A stretch of 64,000 nt of DNA from positions 2,085-66,084 of the forward strand of contig DATDBO010000040.1 of NCBI GenBank assembly GCA_036524775.1. The letters run 5' to 3'. Under the pieces are notes generated by a model that ran no database searches, was not told the origin of the DNA, and was given only the letters and a program-made list of their open reading frames with translations. The stretch is from Solirubrobacterales bacterium (GTDB lineage Bacteria > Actinomycetota > Thermoleophilia > Solirubrobacterales > 70-9). The translations under genes were made by a program, and so were the position numbers. Shown piece after piece: positions 19,736 through 27,838 of this stretch; positions within the stretch are counted from its first letter, which is position 1; each line of letters starts with the position of its first letter.

Positions 19736-20968
19736 TCACCTCACCAATGGGGGAAGCAGCTTTCCACTGTTGCGCCATGCCCAGCGCGACTCCTCCAGCT
19801 CCTGCAGGCGCAGGGCGACTTCAATCTCGGCCGTCTCGGCGCTGAGCGATTTGCCGAGCCGCTCCTCGATCGTGCGCAGGCGGTTGGCGACCGTGCGCCG
19901 GCTGACGCCAAGCGCCGAGGCGGCCGAGGAGAGGTTGCGGGAAGCGTTGAAGTAGGCGCGCAGGGTTTCGCGCATGGTGGCGCCGTCGTCGCCTGTGCCT
20001 GAGAGCGGCTCGAGGTAGAGCTCGCGCAGGGAGGCGGAGAGAAGCTCGTCGCAGTGCGCCGATGCGAGCAGTGCTACTTCGCTGTAGCGGGTTGTGGTCT
20101 TGCCCTGGCGCAGAGCGATCGGCAGGGCGGCCCTGGCCTGGTGGTGGGTGAAGCGCCAGCCGCCGAGCCCCCTGCCGCACTCCCCAAGGGCGAGGGTGAC
20201 CTCTGGGGACCAGCCCCGCTCGAGGGCTCGCCCCAGCTCCTCGTGCTCGAGCGGGCGGCGTCCTCCGAGCCAGACCCAGACCATCCCCTCGAGGCGCTGG
20301 ATCAGGAGAAGACGCCGATCCAGTGCCCTGGCCAGGCTGCGGACCGCCTCTGCTGCCCCAGGACCTGCGGCGATCGCGCCGAGGTGGTGGGCGTCCAGCT
20401 CATAGCCGAGCTCGGCGACGTCGATCAGCTCGCCGGCGAGGAGGCGCTCGACCCTCTCTGCCCGCCTGCGCTCGGGAGACTCAGGGCGGCTCTCCGCCTC
20501 CTTGACGTGCTCTTCTCCCACCGCTGCCAGGAGACGATCGAAGAGGGCTGCCTGGGAGCGCAGGAGGCGCTTCAGCTCTTCTCCGCGCAACAGCTCGTCG
20601 TCCTGGGTTTCCTCGATCAGGACATCGCCCAGGAGCGTGTAGCCGGCGAAGTAGCGGCGCAGGACGGTGTCGAGGCTGATGCCGTTTCGGGCGGCGAAGC
20701 GGGCCTGGCTCAAGAGCAGATCTGGGAAGGCGGGCGGGTGCTCCTCGCCTGCTTCGATCCCGGCCAGGCCGTAGTCCAAGGCGCCGGCGACAGCGGCGCG
20801 GAGCCCCTCCGCGTAATCCGGGTCCGCGGCCTCGGTGGGGTCGGCAATCGCGTAGACGCGAGTGAGCAGCGACTCCTCGATCTCCCCGCGGCGGGCTCGT
20901 AGGCGCTCTGCGAGCTTTGCCCGTGCCTGCTCAGCGCGGCGGGCGGGCGTGCTTGCGGCCCTTCCCAT
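19736..20968 (-). CDS. PucR/CdaR-family transcriptional regulator
   Basis: C-terminal PucR-type HTH (NLSSAASALGVSRRTVANRLRTIEERLG). Start placed at ATG 20968 (MGRAAST); the track ORF extends to 21103. Confidence 0.75.
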   Translation of the reverse strand: MGRAASTPARRAEQARAKLAERLRARRGEIEESLLTRVYAIADPTEAADPDYAEGLRAAVAGALDYGLAGIEAGEEHPPAFPDLLLSQARFAARNGISLDTVLRRYFAGYTLLGDVLIEETQDDELLRGEELKRLLRSQAALFDRLLAAVGEEHVKEAESRPESPERRRAERVERLLAGELIDVAELGYELDAHHLGAIAAGPGAAEAVRSLARALDRRLLLIQRLEGMVWVWLGGRRPLEHEELGRALERGWSPEVTLALGECGRGLGGWRFTHHQARAALPIALRQGKTTTRYSEVALLASAHCDELLSASLRELYLEPLSGTGDDGATMRETLRAYFNASRNLSSAASALGVSRRTVANRLRTIEERLGKSLSAETAEIEVALRLQELEESRWAWRNSGKLLPPLVR

Positions 20969-23900
20969 CTCCGGTCCCCCCCGCGCGCTTGCGCTTGGCG
21001 GCGCGCTTGCCCTTCCTCGCCACGCAGCGCCCCCGGCGACGTACCTTGCCTTTGTTGCAGCGGGGGCGAGTAGGCGCTGCCTTGAAGTTGCCGCTCCCCT
21101 CAAATGCCATCAAGGCGGGCGTGGCGTCCTCGGGCACCCGCGGGGCGCCCTGGCAGGCTTCGCCTTCGCATGCTGCCGGAGGACTGGGGGGCGGCGAGAA
21201 ACCGCCGTTCACCCTTGCGTCATAGACGTCGATCAGGCCGTAGTCCTGTGGAAGGAGGCCCTCGAGGGTGGTGAAAAAGGCGTCCTCGCCGTCGGGGCTC
21301 GCGTCGAGGAAGGTCGAGTCGACCGGGCTCTGCCCGGAGGAGATCAGGCTCAGGCAGCCTTCGGAAACCGGGAGGTAGGTGGGGCTTTCATCGCTGCAGT
21401 CACCCGATCCGGGCGCCTGCCACTCGTATACGTCCTGCTTGCCGTTGGTGTCGGCGAGGACAAGGGACTCGAAGCTGTTGAAGAAGACGCGATCTCCGTT
21501 GTCGGAGAGATAGCGGGGCTGGAAGAGGTCTGACTGGAAGCGAGGGACCGTGGCGGCTCCCCAGTACTCCGGCTGGCCGGTGATGCCTTCCGCGAGCCGC
21601 CGCCCCGCGGGCCGTGCACCCGAAGGATTGCAGGAGATGCACGCCAGGATTCCGCTCGCCTCGTAGCGGTAGACCTCAGCGTCGCAGAGGCCGCCCTGCT
21701 CGCCGCAGGGAACTGGGCTCCTGACGTCGGTGTTGTCATAGCCCGCCGTGCGCTCGGCCAGCTCGGGGCTGTTCGACATGAAGACCAGGGCGCTGCCGTC
21801 GGCGCTGACCCGCGCGGTGCGTTTGATCGGCGCGATCGATATTGGTTCCCCATAGGGGTTATTCCCGTCGACGGCTCCTTTCGGGGTGCTCGTCAGCGTC
21901 GCGACGAACCGCGTCGTCCCGCCCTCCGCAAAGTAAACGTTCGGCTCGCCGAAGACCGCGCCTTCGCTCTGCGCCTGCGCTGATGCCTCGGTCGAGGCGA
22001 AGTAGACGCGCGAGAGGTCCTCGCTTGCGCCGAGGATGCTCTCGATCACGCCTTCGGCGATCAGCTCCGATGCCGCCGGTTTCGCGTCTGCGTCGAAGCG
22101 GTAGAGGTTGCCGCTCAGCGGGCCGTTAACCACAGTGAAGAGCGCCTTGGTCCCCTGCGGGTTGCCCGCCTGGAAGCGGACCGGGTCGGGGGTGAGGGGC
22201 TCAGAGATCGCGATCGTGCAGGCCCTGGTCGGCTGTTTGCATTTGCCTTCGGGGTTGAACGTGCTCTGCTCCTGGTCGGCGTTGATCCGCAGGTAGAGCG
22301 GCCCCTCGCTGCCGGCGGTGCTGCGGCTCCAGAAGACCCGTTTGCCGTCCTCGGAGACAGCGCCCTGCAGGCTGCCGAAGCGGTTGATGTTCCAATAGGT
22401 CTGCGCGTTGAAGTCGCCCACGGTCCCCGCCGAGGAGTCCTGCGCGGCGGCTTTGCCGTCGGGCAGGACGCTGAGCAGGCGAAGCTGCCCTGAGCCGGTG
22501 GAGAGATAAAGCTGGTAGATCGGCCGCGGGAACGGATTCACCGTGGTCGCATCAGAGGCCTCGGGGGTGAGCGCTTCGTCGGCGCGGAAGACCGAGGTCG
22601 CGCCGTCAGCCGAGAAGCCCTGGACCTCGGGCAGGTATCCGAACTCCTCGATCTGCTCGATCGGCGAGCAGCTGAGCGCGGCGAAGGCACCGGCGTCGTT
22701 GTCGCGTCGGTAGAGCTGGTTGTAGCCGCTCGGGGCGCAGGAATCGGGCGGCGCCTCACCGGCTCTGCTGAGCCAGGAGAGCCAGGCGTGTGAGAGGTCG
22801 GGCGAGAAGGCCTTGAAGGGGTTCTCGAGGAACTCCGCCCCTTTGCCCTTGGGCGAGAGCGATTCGCTCTGCCAGCCTTCCGCGGGAGTTCCTCTCTCGT
22901 TTCGGGTCGCCAGGTACTGGTTGGTATAGGGGGCTGACTCGGGGTCGGCAAAGGCGCGGTAGGAGGAGAAGGTGAAGCTCTCTCCGTCCACGGAGCTCTG
23001 GTCGAGGAAGGTCGGATAGCCAGGGGTGTTGAGCAACGTGAGTACGTCGCCGTTGTTTTTGTCGAGCGGGGAAACCAGCTCGTAGGCGCGGCAGTCGGGC
23101 AGCGAGGCGGAGGGGCCGGTGCGGAGGGCCTGGTTAGGGCACGCGGTATCGGCTGTCACGGGCGGGGCGAAAGTGGTGAAACTTCGCTCCCCGGAGATCA
23201 CCTCGGGGTGGAAGGGGTTGTCGGCAATCACCCGGTAGTGGTAGGTGGTACCCGGCTTGAGCGAGAGAAGCTGGGTCGAGCGGGCAATCGCCTCCTCGCC
23301 TGAGCCGAGGCTGAGCGTGGGGCCGTCTTTGGAGTTCTGGAAGCCGTTTGCCTGGTAATCGGGGCCCTCTTCGATGTACTGGAAACGGGCGGTTGCGCCA
23401 ACGCCGAGGGGGTTTGCCTCGACGTGAAGGCGGGCTGAGTCGGTGCCGACCTCGGTCGAGAAGATGCTGCCGAAGAGAATCGGCGGCAGGGTGGTGAATT
23501 CTGCTTTCTCGCCTTTGACTTCACCGTCGGCGTTCTCGGCTATCGGGCGGAAGTAGTAGGTGGTTTCGGGCTCGAGGCAGGTTTCTTCGCTGGGAACCGC
23601 GCAGACATTGGTCGCCTCGACCGTGTGGTTTTTGAAGTCCGCTGGCGTGTCGGGGCTGTTCGGCGTCACCTCGGCGACCGGCTCGAATTCGTCCCCGTTT
23701 GCTTCAAAGCTCTCTTTGTCGATGTATTCGAAGCGGGCGTGGGAGGCTTTGCCCTGGGGGTTGAAGGCGACCCTGAGCGTCGCCTTGACGCTGCCCACCG
23801 GGGAGGCCTCCGCCGTGCCGGGGACGAGCAGGGGGCCGGGTGGGGGTTGGGTGACGCGGAGGAGCTTGCCGTTGTTGATGGCGAGGAGGTCGCCCGAGGC

Positions 23901-25001
23901 GTCCTGGTGGAAGGCGAGGCTGTCGACGCGGCCCTCCGCTTCAAGCAGAGAGAAGAAGACCTTGATCTGGGTGCCGGTCAGATCGTACTTACGGAGGACG
24001 TTGCGGATGAGGTCTTCCTTAGTGCCCACAAACAGGTTGTTGGAGGGCTCGAGGGCGATGGCGAAGGTGTTGCTGCCCGCGATCCTGCCCCCCTCCGCCC
24101 AGCTCGTGACCAGGGTGCCGGTTGGGTCGTATTTGCGCACGCCTGGTTCGAAAGCCGTGGAGCCAGAGACTGCAATGTAGAAGTCGCCAGCAGGGTCGAC
24201 GGCGAGGCTCTGAACCCGCCCGACCGTCTCCGGCAGCAGCATCTGCGGGCCGAGCAGGGTCCCGTCGGGGTTGAATCTCTGGATCCTGGTGTTGAAGCCT
24301 TCCGACTCGGCGCTGCCGAGCTTTCTGCTGTCGGCGACGTAGAGGACACCGCCGGGTCCGACCGCAAGCGGCAGCCCTCTGCCCAGAGTCGAGAAGAAGA
24401 AGCCTTCCCGCGCCGGGAACGTTTTCACGCCTGGTTCGCTTTCCACCTCGCTCTCCTCCCCCGCCCCGCAATTGGCGGGAAGGGTGCAGAGGTTGGCTTT
24501 GGTCACCTGGTCGACTTCACCTCCCACCATCCATTCGAAGCCGCCGTCGGCGTCGAACTTCTGCACACGGTGGTTTTCGGTTTCGCTGACGTAGACGGAA
24601 TGGGAGGCGGAGTCGACCGCGACCTGCTCGGGGCGGAGGATCTGGCCCGCGCCTGAGCCGCCGATGCCTTTGAAGCAGGCCACGCTCGGCGGAGTCGCAG
24701 CCGGGCCGCAGGTCTGCGGGGCGGCGGTGCTCCCATCGCGCACCCCCCAGCCGAAGGCGAAGAGGAACTCGCCCGAGGCTTCGAAGACGTCGATGCGGTT
24801 GTTGTTCGCGTCGCCGAGGTAGACGCGGCCGTTTGAAGTGTCGACACCGAGCCCGCGGGGGTCTTCGTATTGCCCGGCGCCGGAGCCCTGGGAGCCGATG
24901 ACGAAGTCGGCTGAGGCTGCTGGGACTAAGGCGAGAAGCGCAAGCAGGGCGAGCGCCGGGATGAGGGCCGCGCGGCGTGTGCGGGTACTCGCCCCCCTCA
25001 T
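20931..25001 (-). CDS. 1356-aa secreted protein: NHL beta-propeller, two Fn3-like domains, PD40/TolB-like repeats, Cys-flanked polybasic tail (paralogue 2)
   Basis: Signal peptide ...VPAASA|DF. NHL-type repeats (RGLGVDTSNGRVYLGDANNNRIDVF). TTYYFRP/TTYHYRV Fn3-like ends. DGKRVFWS/SRVYFAS/DGSALVFMS/GDRVFFNS PD40-like strands. Tail CNKGKVRRRGRCVARKGKRAAKRKR. Confidence 0.85.
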   Translation of the reverse strand: MRGASTRTRRAALIPALALLALLALVPAASADFVIGSQGSGAGQYEDPRGLGVDTSNGRVYLGDANNNRIDVFEASGEFLFAFGWGVRDGSTAAPQTCGPAATPPSVACFKGIGGSGAGQILRPEQVAVDSASHSVYVSETENHRVQKFDADGGFEWMVGGEVDQVTKANLCTLPANCGAGEESEVESEPGVKTFPAREGFFFSTLGRGLPLAVGPGGVLYVADSRKLGSAESEGFNTRIQRFNPDGTLLGPQMLLPETVGRVQSLAVDPAGDFYIAVSGSTAFEPGVRKYDPTGTLVTSWAEGGRIAGSNTFAIALEPSNNLFVGTKEDLIRNVLRKYDLTGTQIKVFFSLLEAEGRVDSLAFHQDASGDLLAINNGKLLRVTQPPPGPLLVPGTAEASPVGSVKATLRVAFNPQGKASHARFEYIDKESFEANGDEFEPVAEVTPNSPDTPADFKNHTVEATNVCAVPSEETCLEPETTYYFRPIAENADGEVKGEKAEFTTLPPILFGSIFSTEVGTDSARLHVEANPLGVGATARFQYIEEGPDYQANGFQNSKDGPTLSLGSGEEAIARSTQLLSLKPGTTYHYRVIADNPFHPEVISGERSFTTFAPPVTADTACPNQALRTGPSASLPDCRAYELVSPLDKNNGDVLTLLNTPGYPTFLDQSSVDGESFTFSSYRAFADPESAPYTNQYLATRNERGTPAEGWQSESLSPKGKGAEFLENPFKAFSPDLSHAWLSWLSRAGEAPPDSCAPSGYNQLYRRDNDAGAFAALSCSPIEQIEEFGYLPEVQGFSADGATSVFRADEALTPEASDATTVNPFPRPIYQLYLSTGSGQLRLLSVLPDGKAAAQDSSAGTVGDFNAQTYWNINRFGSLQGAVSEDGKRVFWSRSTAGSEGPLYLRINADQEQSTFNPEGKCKQPTRACTIAISEPLTPDPVRFQAGNPQGTKALFTVVNGPLSGNLYRFDADAKPAASELIAEGVIESILGASEDLSRVYFASTEASAQAQSEGAVFGEPNVYFAEGGTTRFVATLTSTPKGAVDGNNPYGEPISIAPIKRTARVSADGSALVFMSNSPELAERTAGYDNTDVRSPVPCGEQGGLCDAEVYRYEASGILACISCNPSGARPAGRRLAEGITGQPEYWGAATVPRFQSDLFQPRYLSDNGDRVFFNSFESLVLADTNGKQDVYEWQAPGSGDCSDESPTYLPVSEGCLSLISSGQSPVDSTFLDASPDGEDAFFTTLEGLLPQDYGLIDVYDARVNGGFSPPPSPPAACEGEACQGAPRVPEDATPALMAFEGSGNFKAAPTRPRCNKGKVRRRGRCVARKGKRAAKRKRAGGTGDGKGRKHARPPR

Positions 25002-27838
25002 CCAGCCTGCCGCCCGCCCTCGCGCTTCGCCTTGCCACCCTTCCCACAGCCCGCCTGGACCACAGGCCGCGCCTTGAAGCGCTTGCCGTTCTGCCCGCCG
25101 AAGCGAGCATCTGCGCGGTGCCTGCTGGCGCAGAGGTCGGTCGAGTTGACGATCAGCCCCTTCTTCGCCCCCTGCATCCGCACCACGACTTTGGTCAGGG
25201 GCGCATCGGGGACGTCCTCGAAGGTCGCCCTGATCCCGCCTCCCTTGGAGTCGATCCTGGCGACCGCTTCGACGTCGATCAAGCCGTGCAGGTCGGCGAC
25301 GAAGTCAGGCAGGTTGTGGTTGGAGGAGCGCAGGATCACCGGGCCGCTCAGCGGCTGCTCCAAGAGCGGGCTGTAAGCGGTGGCCTGGCCGTAGGTTGCG
25401 CCTGCGGGGCAGCTCTTGGCGGCGAACTGCACCCTGGTGCAGATCGTCCTGACGTGGGCCTGGTCGAGGAAGGCCGAGCGGGGGAAGCGCAGGACCAGGC
25501 CTTTGAGGTTGGCGTCGCCCGCCCTTGGCCTGTAGGTGCCGGTCAGGGCCGGGTGGGCGCCTCGCTTGGTGCCGCCCTTCAGCTTCAGGGAGAGCCTTGG
25601 CTTGAAGCCGAGGCTGGCGCAGTTGGCCGCCTGGAAGCGCGATGCCAGGGAGAGCGGGGAGTCGTCGTGGGAGCCGAAGACGTCTGCTCCACCGCCCCAG
25701 AGGGTCGCTCCGACGGCGAAGGGCTCACACGAGGTCGGGTTGAGGGTGAAGTCGGGCTTGTCGACATAGACCCTGACGTCGCGGACCTTCAGCGGGATGC
25801 CGGCGAGGATGTGGGGGATCGGGTCTGATGAGGAGCCGTCGGCGGTGACTTCCGCCGTTCTGTGGTCGATCCGCAGGGCCTGGCGGGTGACCACCGCTCC
25901 GACGTCGAAGGGGCCCGCGACAGCGGGGACGATCGCGACCACGCTCAGCGGGGCGCCTTTGTAGGGGCCTGCTAGGTAGATGCGGCCGGGGACGTAGGTC
26001 AGGACGGCGCCTACCCCCGCTCCGGCCATCACGCGGCCGATCTGTGAAGAGGCCGGGCAAGACGGTGAGGCCAGCTCCAGGGCTCCCTCGCCCTCTCCGG
26101 TCCTCGTCCTGGCCTGGGCTATTGAGGCCTCTGAGCACTGCGAGGTGCCCGCCAGCTTGGCGACCATCCCTGGAGGGAGCTTGGCGCTGAACTTGGTCAG
26201 GTCCTGATCGCCGTCTCTTCTGGTCAGGCGCATGTAGAAGGGGGAGTGGGAGCCGGCGTTGTTGTTGTTGGTCCCTGCTTGGAAGCCCGGGGCGAAGGGC
26301 GGGGTGCCTCCGGAGGGGCAGGGGGAGGCTCCGGGGCCGGTGATCACCTCGAAGCTCGAGCTGGTGGTCACAGGGGGACCTCCGGCCCAGGGGGTGAGCA
26401 CGGCCTTGGCCTCGTGGGTGCCGCAGGCGGGTGGCGACACGAGAGGCGATCTGGCTCCTTCGCGGAAGTGCAGCCTGAAGGAGGAGAAGGGAAGCTCGGG
26501 GATCTCATCGGCGGTGGTGATCAGCTGCCCGGTCACGGGATCGGGCTGCACCTTGATCGGCTGCTTGACGAGGATGCCGAGCTCGGGGCTCTTGATCACG
26601 ACGTAGAGGGCAAGCAGGGTGCCGAAGGGGTTGCGGTAGGGCTCGGCGAGGAAGAGGGAGCCCTTGAGCGTCTGGTCCAAGAGCGGCGTCTCCACCTCGA
26701 CCGTGCCCAGCTTGGATGCGTCTGGGCAGCCCTCTCCGGGCAGGGCTTTGACGGTTTCCTCCTGCAGGTCCGCGTTGGTGCAGACCTCGAGGCCCTCGGC
26801 AGAGGAGGGGTTGGCGGTCATCCCCACCGGCAGGGTGACGACGGTCTTGCGGATCTCAGATGCGGCGATCCCCTCGGGGGAGGTCAATCCTTCGTCGTGG
26901 ACCTCGAGCGAGAAGTCGAGGCCCGAGGGGCTCTCGGCAGCCCTGGTCGTCGGCTTGGCCTCGATCGAGGGGCTGAAGCCTAGTTTGGTGCAGCCGGTCA
27001 TCCCGATCGGGTTGGGCGGCAGGGCGTCGTCGTGGGTGAGGACGCTGCCTTTGGCGCTGTCCCCCTGCCAGGAGAAGACCTCGTAGCTAGTGGCGAGCGG
27101 TCCCTGGCAGGAGCGGGGCAGGGTGAGGAGGGGGATGTCGGGGGCGTTGGTCGGGCAGTTGCCGTAGGAGGGCGGCTTGGGGTAGGGGCCTTCCGGGATC
27201 ACCGGGGTCCCCCCTCCAATGTTCGAGACGCACTGGCCGCGGAAGGGGTCGTGAGCGGGGTCTGCGGGGTTGCCCCAGAGGGTCAGGACCGAGGCCAGGA
27301 CACCGGCCGTCTGTGGGGTGTTGGTGACCCGGGCGATGCCGTTGTATGGGGGACTGTCGCTCAGGTCGATCTCGATCGTGACCGGGGTGTTGGCGGCGAC
27401 GAAGCCGAGTTTGAAGAGGACGCCCGGGGGCGGGTCGAGGTTGAAGACGGGTGCGTAGCTGGTGAGCAGTTCCAACTCGGTCGCCGCGTGGCCGACCGCT
27501 GAGCTGTCGGGACAGAACGAGTTGCGCACACCCGGAATCGAAGTGAGGAAGTCGACGGTCTGACAGCGCGGCACCGCGGTCGGGTCGGCGACGATGCCGG
27601 CGATCTGGGCGAAGGCGCCGCTCTTGAATTCGCCGTCGGGAGTAGTGGGGGCGAGCCGGTTGAAGAAGACCCTGGTCTTCATCTGAAAGGGGTGGGAGCC
27701 GGCCTGGGTGACGGGCGAGTCGTCTTGGTTGGTGAAGGTGACGTCGAACTCCTCGAGGCCGAAGGCGGCCTGGGCGGAGGGAGCAAGGAGGAGCGCGGCA
27801 AGGGCCGCGGTGGTGAGTACGTGCATCAGGCGCTTCAT
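24998..27838 (-). CDS. 946-aa secreted protein built from repeated modules, basic Cys-containing tail
   Basis: Signal peptide ...APSAQA|AF. Recurrent G-x-H-P strands and module pattern (see findings). ATGA overlaps with both neighbours. Confidence 0.8.
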   Translation of the reverse strand: MKRLMHVLTTAALAALLLAPSAQAAFGLEEFDVTFTNQDDSPVTQAGSHPFQMKTRVFFNRLAPTTPDGEFKSGAFAQIAGIVADPTAVPRCQTVDFLTSIPGVRNSFCPDSSAVGHAATELELLTSYAPVFNLDPPPGVLFKLGFVAANTPVTIEIDLSDSPPYNGIARVTNTPQTAGVLASVLTLWGNPADPAHDPFRGQCVSNIGGGTPVIPEGPYPKPPSYGNCPTNAPDIPLLTLPRSCQGPLATSYEVFSWQGDSAKGSVLTHDDALPPNPIGMTGCTKLGFSPSIEAKPTTRAAESPSGLDFSLEVHDEGLTSPEGIAASEIRKTVVTLPVGMTANPSSAEGLEVCTNADLQEETVKALPGEGCPDASKLGTVEVETPLLDQTLKGSLFLAEPYRNPFGTLLALYVVIKSPELGILVKQPIKVQPDPVTGQLITTADEIPELPFSSFRLHFREGARSPLVSPPACGTHEAKAVLTPWAGGPPVTTSSSFEVITGPGASPCPSGGTPPFAPGFQAGTNNNNAGSHSPFYMRLTRRDGDQDLTKFSAKLPPGMVAKLAGTSQCSEASIAQARTRTGEGEGALELASPSCPASSQIGRVMAGAGVGAVLTYVPGRIYLAGPYKGAPLSVVAIVPAVAGPFDVGAVVTRQALRIDHRTAEVTADGSSSDPIPHILAGIPLKVRDVRVYVDKPDFTLNPTSCEPFAVGATLWGGGADVFGSHDDSPLSLASRFQAANCASLGFKPRLSLKLKGGTKRGAHPALTGTYRPRAGDANLKGLVLRFPRSAFLDQAHVRTICTRVQFAAKSCPAGATYGQATAYSPLLEQPLSGPVILRSSNHNLPDFVADLHGLIDVEAVARIDSKGGGIRATFEDVPDAPLTKVVVRMQGAKKGLIVNSTDLCASRHRADARFGGQNGKRFKARPVVQAGCGKGGKAKREGGRQAG

